DNA of 64,000 bases from Raillietiella orientalis (lineage: Eukaryota). The stretch lies in NCBI GenBank assembly GCA_036172245.1, contig JAYWIR010000028.1, positions 2,480,001 through 2,544,000 of the forward strand. The letters run 5' to 3'. The first letter of the stretch is position 1, and the number at the start of each line of letters is the position of its first letter. The translations under genes and the position numbers were made by a program. Below the pieces are notes generated by a model. That model ran no database searches. It was not told the DNA's origin and saw only the letters and a list, made by a program, of their open reading frames with translations. Of the stretch, positions 11,751 to 25,083 are shown piece by piece.

Positions 11751-13099
11751 GATTTCATAATTGCTTCCCTTCAGATGCCTGCGTGGAAGGATCTCCGGGC
11801 TCCGAATACCAACCGATGGCTGACAACCCACGGCGAACGGCTCATCTCTTCAGTTTGCATTTTCTCTAATACTGATTAGATCTTGAATGGGGTTCTTTGT
11901 TTTTCAAATAAAAGCGCGATTTGCAATGGGGAAGCAATCATCAGCAAATTTTCCTCACTGAGAATTGAGGAAATTTGTTGATGATTGCTTCCTGAAAGCG
12001 CTGACGATATGCGACGAGACGTATCGAAGCTCTTGCGTTAGCAAGTGCTTGGATGTACGGAAATTGGAATACGAAAATCATTAAAGATCTCAGAGCAACG
12101 GTGTCTCTCTAAAAAGACGCTTTTCACAAAGTCACTATGGAAACGTGAATCCGACGCATCCATGGGACTAGGGGGGAAAAACGGAAGGAATCCTAGAGAT
12201 GATAATCATCGATCACTGCTATACACATAACTACTGTTATCCGTAATACTAACATATCATTTTCACGGTCTCATGACTGCTACTGCAAACATGGTAGCAG
12301 TGATGTATTGAGTGGAGCGAGATGGCTTCGTAGAGCAAAAGAGTTATAGCATGGATAACAGGAAAGCACCTTCAGTCTGAAGTTTTGAAAACGGTACCAC
12401 TAACATGGCGTACTAGCCTCGAAGGAATCCTATTCTTTTCGTTTCCGTAGGATACTCCTGTCCTGGATTGCTGCTTATGGGCCATTCGATATTATCAGGA
12501 ACACATTCCAAAACGAATCGATGAATTATTCATTCCTCGCTTCTCTCCTTTCCTTTCAATTACATCGCAAGCGCTTTTGCTTGACTACTAGAGGAATTCT
12601 TCTTCACCTCCAAAGAAATCCTGTTTCGAAAGGCCGTGAATGCCATTTGGAAAAAAAAAAAATTGATGCTTTTCCTTTCTTTATTGATCCCAAAGCTATT
12701 CAGAAAAACTATTTGTTATCGCATGGTCACGGCCTGAGGCAGGAGGGTTTAACGCTGCTTCCGTTCAAGCGCTGTGCACCGATGAATTTGCCAAGGATTT
12801 CCGCTCGTTTCCTCATCACCTACGTGATCCGTTTTTGAGAAAATGTGGAAAAGTGGGGCCCGTTGCGCTTCCTAAACGATCTGCAGTTGCTGCAGGATCC
12901 TCTGATTGAAATCAGCGTGAAATGCACGGATGAACGGATCCTTTCGAGAGAGAAAAAGTGCAAAAGTGAAGTCAGATTCAGAAATGCCTAAGGGCGAGAG
13001 TGTGACCCGAGTGCGATCTTGCTAGCATGCAGATTTCGCATTCAGCTACGTAGCTACACAGTCTTTCGAATCACCCCCATTGGCTTGGGGGAGAGAAGA

Positions 13100-13850
13100 C
13101 GACATCGGCGAAGAATAAAAGCATTTATCACCGAAACATGACAGAATGCGACTAAAATGGCGGTTTCAATCCCGAACCGATCTTGCCTTAATATATAAGA
13201 AGAATAAGAAGATCGATCGGAGCAAACTTGTCTGCAAACAGTTAGCACTGGAAATCAGATGCGCCCAATAAGTGGCAAAATGTAGCAAACACGATGGTTA
13301 AAGAAAGGGTATGGAGACGGCCACAACTTTCATAGATTGCTCAGATAATCAAAAGCCACAGATCAGGATGAGGAGCGATTCTTGAGACGAAAGTCAGTTC
13401 CTTTGTTCCAAGCAGGTCATCAAAGAAATGCTGCTGCACCTGTGAAAAATCGGAAATCTCATACATCCTAATGGTAGATTAGGAGCGAGATCGACTACTT
13501 CAGGGAGGTATCCTGGTTACCGTTTCGCAGAGGAACAGAAGAAGCAGGATGTTACAGTGAGACTCGGCCATCATTGGGGAACGATATCGGAGAATCACGT
13601 TTACCCCACAGATTCACCAAACGAAAACACGTGCGCGACACATGAGCCCAAAGGAACACGAGCACCATTCGTGCCCCCCCCCCCCCCCCACGGAAGGCTT
13701 TCGGGGTGTAAACGGCTTCATCACAAAAGCATGCAGAAGTTGACGAGTGGCTCCATTGATCTTCTATGTGTTCTGTGCTGCACAGCACAGGAAATGGGAA
13801 GAGTCGCTCATATGCACTCCTATTCGAAAGCAGTGAGATGAAAAAGTTTG
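13100..13850 (+). mobile_element. Ty3/Gypsy integrase relic
   Basis: KERVWRRPQLS*IAQIIKS ~ R.YVWWP..D.DI.Q.VKS; IDYFRE ~ VDYFS.W; KGTRAPFVPP ~ GI.H..SPP. Confidence 0.45.
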
Positions 13851-14029
13851 CCATCTGAAATGCTGAGCGTCTTCAGAAAAGTATCCAGAAAAATGCAATA
13901 CGATGGATGACGAGATGGAGAGAAGGAACAACCCAGAAAATCTTCCTGTCGGTTCGAACGCATCTTCAGTTAATCGTGACCGAGATCTTCCATGCTACAG
14001 CAGGCAGACAGCTCATTGCACGTTCTTAT

Positions 14030-14400
14030 TTGTATGTTTTGCGGAGACGCGAGAGAGGAATCCTTTTGTTTTGACGGATCCCACGTACGGAGGATGAAGT
14101 GAGAAGCCAAAAAAGCAGTGAAGTGTTTGTTTCCTCCCAAAGCAACCGAAGATATATTTTTTCCTTCATCCGCACGTAGGGAGAACTGGAAGAAGGCTTT
14201 TCAAGGGTTCCCCTTTCGCGGATTCGCGAACACATTTTTCTGAAAACTTTTCTTATCAGCCAGCGAGACTCGGATGCCTCCATCCTGAGAAACAGTACCA
14301 TTAGTCGCAATCTCCGCGAACCATCTCAGCGGATAAACCAAGCAGGTATCGAAGATGATCTCCTTGCTATGCATGGAGTTCGCACTTCTCAACTCGAAAA
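14030..14400 (-). mobile_element. Possible integrase-core relic
   Basis: HSKEII...GTVSQDGG ~ TTS.AVI...ETIVSDNG; SSSPY ~ SPYHP. Weak match. Confidence 0.3.
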
Positions 14401-15799
14401 CTGATTTTCAGTTATTAGCTTTCCCGAGAACATCGCTCACATCTGATTTATGCCTTTACGATTAGCACTCGAGCCAAAAGCGATAATAGCTGCTTTGGAA
14501 AATAGCGGGAAGCGGCAAATTATTTTTCGCAGCCACTGTGCAAAAGACAGCATCCGACTTCGAAGTCGCTCGTTTTCACTTCATCTGCCTCTCTCCGTTG
14601 AGAGCACTCCTTATGGTTGCTCCTCGTAGGAATGGATCAGACATCCAGGCATTTTTGTTTTTTGTGTTTTTTTGTTTCGAAAAAAAACACAAAAAACCCT
14701 CAGGTCATCTTTCAGACAATCCCGACTCGAATGATCCGATTAGTTCAATCTATGCGTGCGTTCATGGAAATCCAAATGCCGAACCTTGGTGTCGTCGAAA
14801 CAAGCACAGCGTGGATTTAGCAAACTATTCTAATTATCGTTACTTTATTACGTTTCGCTGTGACTTTCTATGACAACTACGTAGGAATTCCGAGGCGTGG
14901 TTAGTGCGGATGCTCCGCAAGGGTGCAAACTTTGAACGATCACAACCACTGATCCTTATTATGGGAAAAGATTACCCTCCAGCATCGTACGAGAACGTAC
15001 AAATGACATTAGCGTCATTGATCAGCATACGATGGAACTATTCAAATCACTTCCTTTTTGCTTTTTCTTTGCTTTTTCAAATACGTCCGGGTCAATTTTG
15101 CTGCACCCTTCACATCACTGGAAGAAGAGTTCGCCACGGAAAGGACAGTCGAGGCATAGCAGAATCCCAGATGACTGCTCACTTGGATGCTGCCGGCTCA
15201 ACACAGCAAAGCTTGAAAGAGCCGAGCTCACATGAATCAGCTGCCAGGCTCAGGCACGTAGGAGTTGGCAGACCTTCCATGTTACCAAGAGAGATAATGA
15301 CTGAAAATGCATTTTTATTTTCGTATATTATGAGACTAACTAAGTAACTTTGAATAGCTCGCTACGTGGGAAATGAAGTCATAGTCCTTCTATTGGGCAA
15401 TGCGCTGAAAACGAAAGATATTCATGGAAGTAATCAGCATTCCTATAATGAATTCCTGATTACAGCAAGCCTATAATCAAAACTCAACAGCATTCTTCAA
15501 ACTCAACTTCTCTTGTCTTTTTCTTAGTATTTCATTGAAAGAAAGGCTAGGGATGTGTATTACGAAGACAGGAACTTTCCAGGATGTTTTCACAATCGTC
15601 TGCGGATCTACGAATTGGATTACAAGACTCAAGTGTCTCCCTACTTCCATAAATTCAGTCTAGAAAATTCATTATCTTTTTTAGAGAAAATTCACTACCA
15701 CAAGGAGTCCTCGCAGAAACCTTACTTTGGGTTTCTGTGATCTGTAAAATGAACTTTTGATCCGTTCCCTTGTTTACACTAATCAGAGTATCATCATAC

Positions 15800-16190
15800 G
15801 AAAGTCATTGCGTTCTGTACTATACATACTAAAAATAACAGATATTCGTCTTCCCCTGCGTCTTGGAAATTAGCGAAAGATCGCGACTTCAGTACGGATT
15901 TCTCGCTTCTGACAGAACTCTACTTGGCTGTTCTTGGTTCGCCCGCTCAGCTCATCTGTGTCTGGAGTTTCAGTAGCAAAGGGGATCCACAACATCACCG
16001 AGGTCAGGTCGCCGAGATTTCTCACCCGGTCACGCTGGGGCATTTTTTCCATGTAAACATCACGATTACAGAAAAGAAACCGTTTAAGAACAAAGTCCCC
16101 AACCGACGACTGGACAAAAATGAGGATAAATTCCCCTGGCACGCAGGCCGGTAAAACAGAGTTCAGAACGGTGTGAGGGATTAGGGAGAA
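15800..16190 (-). mobile_element. Helitron PIF1-helicase C-terminal relic
   Basis: PHTVLNSVLPACVP ~ PTEFLNSL.PSGLP; LFCN ~ GLCNG; LWIPFATETPDTDEL ~ VFIPRITLTPSDTEL. Confidence 0.6.
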
Positions 16191-16364
16191 CAAACGAAAA
16201 AGAAAAGAAAGAAAAAATTACGTGGGCTGGGACAGGACAAGGGTCTTTGGGATTGCTCCGGAAGGCACCAGGATATAAGTTCCAGCACCGGGAATACAAC
16301 GGAGCGAACGGGGAAGGGACATGGGTGGGTGGGAGGTCACAAGGTTCACCGGAGTGCGCCATTC

Positions 16365-17460
16365 TTAAGACTCTGTAAACCGGCGATGGATGCCGGCGAT
16401 ATCCTCCTTCACATCGTCATGAAGGTGTGACCACCTTGCAGCCTTCTCCACGGATTCAGCTGCAAGACGGTGAGCCTCCCTTCTCTGCGCTGACAACTCC
16501 AGGGCGTAGCGGGACTTGACGATGGCGCGAATGCAACATATGGTTGCGAGGATCACGCCTACCAAAAGTCCGTTCCCACCAAAGAAGCGTCGCAGCAGGT
16601 CAATGGCAGTGTCTCCCTGCGGCGTTACGGCCGAAACCAGCCTGCGTCACAGTTGACGGAGGTCACCACAGTCCAGCAGAAGGTGCGGAAACGACTCGAT
16701 CGCCCCTCATCTCAAATAGTTTGGCGAGGCGGCTCCCCCGGAAACGATGCTTCGCCGCTGATTACAATGGAGACCCCAGTGTAAGAACAGCAACACATCT
16801 TCTTTCCATTTCAAGGGGAACACGGAGCTGTCTAAACAGACGGGGGGGACCACCATCTCGGGAGGGCACACTTAACTGTTCGCTGCACCGAAGCAGGCCC
16901 TTCGCCCGATTCCGAGTAGTAGCGGCTTGCACCAGCTCCTTCGTCCTCCAGCCGCCTAGGAACTCTCCTGCAATTGTGCAGGAGAACTCCCATTCCGCTG
17001 GTCGGGCAGGCAGCGCTACGGCCAGGGGTGTGGCGGCCAGACGATCCGACTTCTTCTTGTCCTGCATGACTTCGTCCAGGGGATGACTCAAGGGAAGTCG
17101 CAGGCGTCGAAGATCCTCCGGGAGCATTCCTTCGGAAGCGGCCCACGATGCAAAAGATCCCTGCCGCCATGCATTACTGTTCATAAGGCGGCAGGAGATC
17201 CAACTCTGGGCTTCCAGCAGCGAGGACGGTTGCCTCAGCGGGAAGCCAAACCCCTTCCTGGTGTGCCGAAAGTGGGGCAGCAACGAAAGGAGTCCTTCGC
17301 TGCCCGTGCAGCGCCGGAGTAGAAGGCGCGCGGGTGAGCACCACGGCGTACGCCACAGCTTGGCACAGCGCCGCAGCATACGAAACTGCACCTGCAGATC
17401 GATGCTGTTCATGTCAAGGATGCCCAGCATCCTGACGCGGCGCCACCAAGTCTTTAAGTC
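16365..17460 (-). pseudogene. Decayed, apparently intronless cyclic-nucleotide-gated (CNG/tax-4-like) channel fragment, S1-S6 and C-linker
   Basis: Collinear by-eye matches across frames: ASEGMLPEDLRRLR ~ LEQGLMVKDLKRLR; KSDRLAATP ~ KLDVLSLLP; RTKELVQAATTR ~ RMFEFFQRTETR; LLFLHWGLHC ~ IIIHWNAC; FCWTVVT ~ LYWSTLT; GLLVGVILATIC ~ FLVGVLIFATIV. Confidence 0.5.
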
Positions 17461-20400
17461 TGACCGAGATCGAGCAGCGAGTGAGGGGGACGCTACACTG
17501 GCGGCTACGCTGATTCCCTACATTTATTATATTGAGTTCATAACAATTTCAAAAAACTTTTGATTCGTTGATGCTTTCTTTCGGACGTATTGAAGCCATT
17601 TATCTCGAGCCATATCCGTGAATATTCTGTCTCTTCGAACGCATTTTTCGAATGGGAGTTACGTGTGCCCTGTGGTTCGGCCATTCTCTGATCCCCTCTT
17701 CGTAATTCCTTTCAATATTCCTATGACACTTGCGTAGTTTGAGAAGAATGCTCCGCTTGATCCTTGCTCTTACAAAGAGGCAGTTATAAAAGCACTGGTG
17801 CGTATGTTGGACCACGGAGCATGACTCAGCTTATTTGTTAAGTTCAGAAGAAGAAACAGTATGTCTTTTATTTTAGAAAAGGAGGCATCGGAGACTGAAA
17901 ATTTTCGGTAAGCACCACAGCCCTCTTTGTTAGCGCTATACAGTGCCATTTTGTGCTCGGAGAAACGATCTCTTCTTAACCCATGTGATCATTGCTAGTT
18001 GAGAACTTGACCCCAAGACTTGACCCATGTGATGTCTGTCGTGGTTCTTTAATTCTTTTCGCAAGATGATTGCAACCCACTAAACCTCCGATTTCGGCCA
18101 CAGCTTTCTAATGGAGAGAAAACAGAGACCGCTTCGTTGTATGCTAATAATAATCTCGCAACTGTTACTGTGTACCTTATTGAAACATCGTATTCACCAC
18201 TTGGAAATCCGTGTAGTAATGAAGTGTGTAGAAAACGAAGATAAATTACCCTAGCACGGCTTTTCATTGCATTTTCGACTCGTTATTCATTCGATTATTT
18301 TGTAGCAATTTTTAATTGGACAGTTGATTGGAATGGACTCGCAATGTAAGGAAACGGCAAGACATAGGAGGAAATTGGTTTTGTGATCAAACCTTTCCTA
18401 TATGAAATTCTCATAGCGAAAACCCCATTGACGGAATCAAACGTGTTCCCATCACAGATGTGATTCCTACCAAGCTAAATAATAAGATCAGTAATGTGTG
18501 CAAAGAACTAGATGAGAGAATTCTGCTTCCTTTGCATTGGCACCTTAAATCCAGTGTCCCGGAGAAAAAGCTAAAATGAATCGAAAACATGAATATCCTT
18601 ATGAATATCCAATTTGAAATGGCAAATTAACGCAGGTGGCTTCTCAGTTTAATTTGTCTTTCTTGGTGTTCTCAGTTTCCTCGCTTTAGCTGCCTTAGTT
18701 GATGAGAAAAAGATACCAATGTAAAGGAAGTTGCGTCTTGAACACAGGGCGATGTTCTCTGCCTTTCTCTACGAGGGGGGGTAAAAGAGGCTCACTTGGA
18801 TCTTTCGTTGCTATTTATCCTCCCTGAAAACCTGATCTGAGGACTCTCTCTAGCACAGATACTGTGTGAAAGAATTCACTAGGCCACCTCCGAAATTCAT
18901 TTTTGTTTTTCTTCTTCTCCTTTCCAGATGAGAAGGAAAAGGTACACAGTGATTGTATGGAAAAGACTTCCCCCCTTTCTGTATTTCCTTTTCTATATGA
19001 CGCTTAAATTTGACAATCCTTGAATCTAGACTCTTTCTCGTAGTCAGGTAATAATAAGCCGTCGCACATATTTCTCAAAAGAGGTTTGATCTTCTGTGAC
19101 GCCGTATGTAATCACACTTTATCTACTTCCAAAAGTTGTGCTTCCAAGTTTTAAGACAAGCTACATTTTGACTGGGAGTTAATCAAAAGGCATAGGTTCA
19201 GGACGATTTGTTTTCTTCTAATACGTCTCAGCAGCCCTTGTTTTGAACTAACCCTTGGAAATCTTTGCTCGGAATTTCGGTTCAGATTATTTGTCCGGAT
19301 AGATGAATTATTGCGAATAAAGCAAGCAAACAGTTCCCCATGAAACCAAGATAATAAAAACATTGCAAAGTTGTAATACCCAAAGAAGTGCTTGTTAACG
19401 TCAACAACGATAATATGTATGGAGTACTGTAAGAAGAATTTTAAAGAGGATTATTGTGAATAGCTGATTTCTGTGCTCAACACAAGAATTCAGCAGTTAT
19501 GAAATTGCACGTTCTGCTGCTATGTGGCAAAAAAGAATATGCCACATTAGTCCAATAAACGGAAGGTTTTGCTTCTATAGCTCATGATATACGTTGGAGT
19601 TTATGTTTCTAACCATATAGCTCCTATGAGTTGCTTTCAATGGATGGACGAACCAAAAAACAAAGTACCATTTTCTTAAAGGTTAATACTCGTTGCTCCT
19701 TTGGGGATCACACAACAGGTACTGCACGTTCAATTTCCCTGTTTGGGTTTGGAAACCAATAAAAATGGGTCATCTTCCTTGCTCGAAAACGATCTTCTCA
19801 TGACGTATGCGAATGTGTGCAAGTTCAGAGCTTTAGAAAACCTTGATATTCAAATCATCATGTTCTCCAAAAAATATTTTTCGAAACACAACTGTATTCA
19901 TAAAATTCTATCGAAATTCTGAATTAGTAACAAGCCTGTGGTAATTAGCCATATTTCGCACAAAAGAACCACTTTATTGGCGTACTGAGAATAATGCACT
20001 GGAAAAAAAAAAAAAAAAACTACCTCATTTTTCATACGTAACCGAAATGATGAAAACATCGATACTTTGGAATTAATGATTATAGCTCACATCTGAGTCC
20101 AAACTTCCACATTTACTTTGTGCCTTCATTTCATGCAGTAGTGGAAACTTGAAAACTGCTCCACTAGATACTAAACGTCATTAACTCACAGTGTATCCAG
20201 AAAAAAAAAAGGGAATGACAACTCTCTGAAACTGTCTACGAGTCTATTGATTTGCCTGCAGCCAGTGAATCTCAATCACTTCCTTGGAAAGATTTGATCC
20301 AATTATTCCTGCCTGCATCCTGGCACAATTATGCCGGGATTCTCATGAAGCGTTCCCAGGAAATCGATGGTACTTGAATCCCAATTAAAAAGCATTCATT

Positions 20401-21299
20401 AGAACCAAGGCTCATTGGATTCCCTCTCTGATCACACAATGCACTTTGAGGGTGCGTGAGAGGGAATCGATCAATTCCTCGTAATTGAAATTGATGCACC
20501 GCAGGTAACAGTGTTTTCCTACGTGTCATCGGATCGGAAGATGGAGGCATTCTGCGGGATCCCCGCCGCCGCAAAAAGCTCAGCTCTCACACAACACGGC
20601 AGTTAACATGGAAAAACATAATTCGTGACCATTCTACATGTCAGCGAAATTCTCCAAGAAATGTACTGGCACACTGTATTAGAAGTATTTAAACTGTGGT
20701 TTCTTGTAACAACAAATTCATGAGTGGAATGACCGTCCTGCCGATAGAAGATTTAACGAAAGCTGTTTGCGGTAAACAGAGAATGTCATGCAAGGAAACG
20801 AATCAAAATGATAAAGAAAATCCTCAGTAATGTGGCTGACATCGTAAGATTTGTTTTGGGTATTAATTTTGCATGTATTGTTCCTTTGGAAAAAGCTTTT
20901 TTTTGGAGTAAAAATTCCTTGCAAACCTTCCTTTGGACTTAACCTTTCCATGGAAATACGATTACAGATGTAAATATTGCCTTCAGAGCGAATGCTCATA
21001 CAAACTTTAAAAAGCGAACAATAAACCTCGGTTGTAATGTTTCAAGAGAAAAACTGCTGACCCTACAGTTACGATTTCGTTGTTAATGTGAATTGTATCT
21101 GGTATTTCTTTTTGGTTATTCCAAAATATAACAATTAGAGCCCTTTTTACGACCACTATGTAAATCTGTGCCAGTCAATGTGATTGTAATGCACGTGCGT
21201 TTTCAATTCTATATGCCAAATGTTAAGAAGGCAAACGACCTTGCATAATAAAATGAATAAAGCAAGATAAACCTTTTTCTTATATGTTTATTATTTCAG

Positions 21300-24200
21300 A
21301 TTGCTCCTCCTGCTCCAGTTTCAGAAGATCTATTGTTTCATTGGAAAATAATCAATGAGAACATTGTTCACAATACCTCAGACTGCAAATTAACTGTTGA
21401 GAGTGCTGGAATTTCGAAACACCTCAAAGATATTTTAAAGGTATTGAGTTTAGCTTTTCTGTTTATTTGTGTACATTGAAACCTTCATCCCCAATGAAGA
21501 ATTATGTCCATACATATGATAATCCAAGTAGTGTGTAATTGTATGTCAAAAGTAATGGTTCATTAAATTTGCTATCATTATTTCTCAAATTATATTCAAA
21601 CATGCATTGAAAACAAAACAAGCAACAAGTATATGCCTTGAAATTGACTGAAGATGCAACTGATCAAGCAGAAATTTTGGGTACATAGCTGGTTGTATTG
21701 TAAAGGCTAATCATAACTCTCAAGTAAATATTCATGATAAATTTTTAAATTTTTAAAAAGTAAGATAACCATTGACCTAATATAGATCACATGGCATAGA
21801 ATCAGAGCTTAAAATGATAAAAAAATATGTGGAATCAGGCCACCTTTCATTTGTTCATCATAACTCTATTAGAGAATTTAATGCTAAAAGTAGGACAAGA
21901 AAGGAATTACCGCTATCGAATCCATTTGATGTTGGAACAGTTTTGCTAACTCATCTAGCAAACTAATCAAAAACAAATTTATACTTTAAGAATTGTATCT
22001 CCCTCAAAAGTTTATATCAGTTCATCCTTTTGCTTATATTAAGTCAGATCCTGGAACCATGATATTCAGGAATGTCATCTTATAGGGATGGCACACTAGA
22101 TTTCAAGAACAACATGTAACAATGCAAATTACTTTGAATCGTTTTCAAAAAGAGACTTCAATGATGATGTTTTTATTTGAAATGGAATGCTTACTTGTAA
22201 CTGCTAGTGAAACATGAGAACCTAGTCAAGGTTAACCAAGGATGATTACAGTTATTGTATGCTGCGATTGCTGATTTTAGGTTTCCATCAGAGGCCTTAC
22301 ATTTGAAATTCACTATCTGCAACCTGTGTCTTTTAAGTGACCAGAATGAGTGCCAGTGTAAGCAGTATAGAAGGACCATGTTCCTCAGCCAAACACTTTG
22401 CATTTAAATGAAATGGTGTAAATTGGAATAAATAACAGTCAGCTTTGCAGAATACAGATCAGTCCAAAGTGGCAAATGTTTAAATGGATTTATGCAAACA
22501 AATAGAGTTTTAGCATCATCCAGAAATTTATGCCTGTCCCATTAGATTTCTGAAAAATATGGCATACTGCTTTTTACCGTTTTCTCTAAAGCAAATAGAG
22601 AAATTCATAGTATGGTCGACGAAGTTGCACCCATTTACACATAATGCATTAGTTTTATGTTGCAGGTTCGAAAATGTTGCTAGTTGCATAAACTGAATTA
22701 TTGAAAAAGCCCAAAAAAGTTTAGAAAAAGTAAATGAAACCTAATAATTATTCACTTTTCAATAGAAGAATAAATTACTAAGAATATGCGATTAATCTTT
22801 TGCAAAGTTTTCAAAATATTTGTAATCGAATGTTTAATTTAAAACTCTTAAGATTGGCATTTAATACAGATTAGTAACTCTCATGTGAAAGTAAACAATA
22901 TGATCAGGAAAACTGAAAGTAAACCGGATTTTTATTGCAATTCACAGATTGCAGGAAGAATTAACGTCCACTTCATCAAGTGACAATTTTTATTAATATG
23001 TTGTTTTGCAGCTAGTCCAGTCCCAGCTGTCAGATGATGACTGTAGTTCCACTTTGGAATTTTTTCGGAACTGCAGAGTATTGGACTCATTGCTTACTTA
23101 TGCCCGAGCTGATTACCCCTCTGGCATGAAGCAACATGTTCTTCTTTTATGTGGAGAATTATTCACTCTTTTTCCTGATCACTTTTTGTGCCATGCATGT
23201 ATTTTGTCACCCCTAAAGGTAAAGTGGCATGAAGAAAAAGTATTGGAGTGTTTTTTATTTAGCAATTGGTTAAATTATGTGGCCAATCTTTAGCATCCGC
23301 TTATGAAACAGAGGAAGCGAACTTCCTAAACCAAGTTTGTAAAAGACTGCAGAGTGATTATAGCCTGTTGCCTTTTTTTCTGCAAGTAAGTTGCTTAGAT
23401 TTCTCAATTGATGTCTCAGTGTTGTTTAGTTCAACCTTGCGAATAAAGGAGAGGAACAAGTCTGCCAGCTTCCTTTGCTGACTTCCCTGCTGACATTGTG
23501 TCAGAGTGAAGTGGGTCCCATATTTTGATAGGCACTATTTTCTCCTCAGGATCAGCACATTTCTCAGCAAGCATGTTCAAATCTAATAGCATGCTTATCT
23601 TCAACATCTTTGGAATTTTTTTGGAAGAGCCTTGGAAACCAGTTGGGAAATATGGCAGTTCATCGTCTAGCCCATTTATACCAGCAGTTACCAGTTGATC
23701 TTGATCTGTCTCCTTATTTGGAATCTATTGATAGGTTCAAACAAATGAAGACATGGCTTTAGTTCACTTACATTGTTTTCAGGCATGATCCTCAAATGCC
23801 TTTGCTCGATAACCCTGGTTGTCATCAGTTTTCATTGCTTCTACGTTGGTTGTATTGTTTGGATCGATTTGCTATGCAGCTACCATCAATCATCGTCAGT
23901 GAGATTACTGCACCATTTCAACAACAGTTCTGTGATGCAATGCTGGAACCCAGATTTCTGCATCCAAAATTCGGCTCTGTAATTGTGGATGAACTCACAG
24001 TTGTATTAAGAAATCTTCACTCTCCAGGTTTAGTGCTCGGTAAGTAGCTAAAGCAGCTTCACATTTTTGATTTGCATTCAGAAATCTCACGTTGGCTCCT
24101 TGATGATGGAGACAAGAATCATCCTCAGTTTGCCAGACTTTTGGCACTGAGTGATGCACCAGAAATGGTGGTCTCTGTATGGAGACTCTTTCATGTAAGA

Positions 24201-25083
24201 TGTCTTTTTCAGCAGGTTACAGTTGCATATTTATCACCTAGGCTCTTCTAACGGCTCCCTGTCCCCATGCTGTAGAAGTTCTATTGCTACGTTATCTAAA
24301 AGATCGACAATATTTTAGTCAAGAACAGGCTGACGTGTACCTAGACTCATGGAGTGATGAGGAAGATCGACGAGAATCTTCATCTCCCAGTACAGTTATA
24401 ACACCAGGTCAAGCTGTGTTCAGCAGGATTCTTGCACCATCCTCAATCGAAAAAATTGTTCACAGGTAATAATTTCTATGGTCTGTGAGTTCATATGCAT
24501 TTTTTTTAGTTTTCTGTTTTTGTTCCCTGAGGAAATTCGTTCAGATCCCGAACTGAGTTATCAGCAAAGTGTTGAGCAAGCTGATATCAAATATCAGCAA
24601 GTTTTAGCCTACGTAGCAAACTGGGGATGGCCTTGGGATTGTGCCAAAGTTTCCTCACAAGACCCATTTGAGGAAGGTCCCTTTTTGACATCTGTGCTTG
24701 ATAATTTGTCAAATTTTTTCAAACTTCCAAATTTATTGAAAAGACGGCTCGTGGGCATTATCTGTGATTTGGCATTGTTTCCATACCCACAACTGCATGA
24801 ATACCTTCTCAACCCCATGTTACCCCTATGCAGTGGAGTTCGCACAGTCTTTCTAATCCTTAAGCAATTATTGGAACAGATATCTGAAAAAATTAAAGCA
24901 TTTCCTGGTTTGCATCAAAAACTTAGGCAATATAGACAAAGCATAATGCAAAAAAAAAGAGTTTGTAGATCTGTTGATATGCATGACTCTGATGACGTAT
25001 GGGTGGAAACAGTGATTCTTGTAGAAGATTTATGCAAACAATTGGCTGCCATTGCTTATGCGAAATATCGGCATTCAGTATGA
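21300..25083 (+). CDS. FHIP2: FHF complex subunit HOOK-interacting protein 2 (FHIP2/FAM160B)-like; 9 exons, first coding exon not located
   Basis: Exons 21300-21440, 23012-23218, 23263-23385, 23430-23510, 23550-23734, 23783-24039, 24082-24194, 24242-24465, 24510-25083. All introns are GT-AG and the exons join in frame (1905 nt, 634 aa + stop). IAPPAPVSEDLLFHWKII, ADYPSGMKQHVL, QLVKLCGQSLASAYETEE, SWSDEED and EGPFL...LALFPYPQLHEYLLNP match vertebrate FAM160B1 as I recall it (LAPSLPLQEDFVYHWKAI, ADCPPGMKQQVL, LHEYLLDP). AATAAA at about 25170. Confidence 0.93.

Noticed and set aside
19860..19922. MFSKKYF as the FHIP2 first exon
   Set aside because: Resembles MFSKF but has no suitably placed phase-0 donor and runs to a stop.
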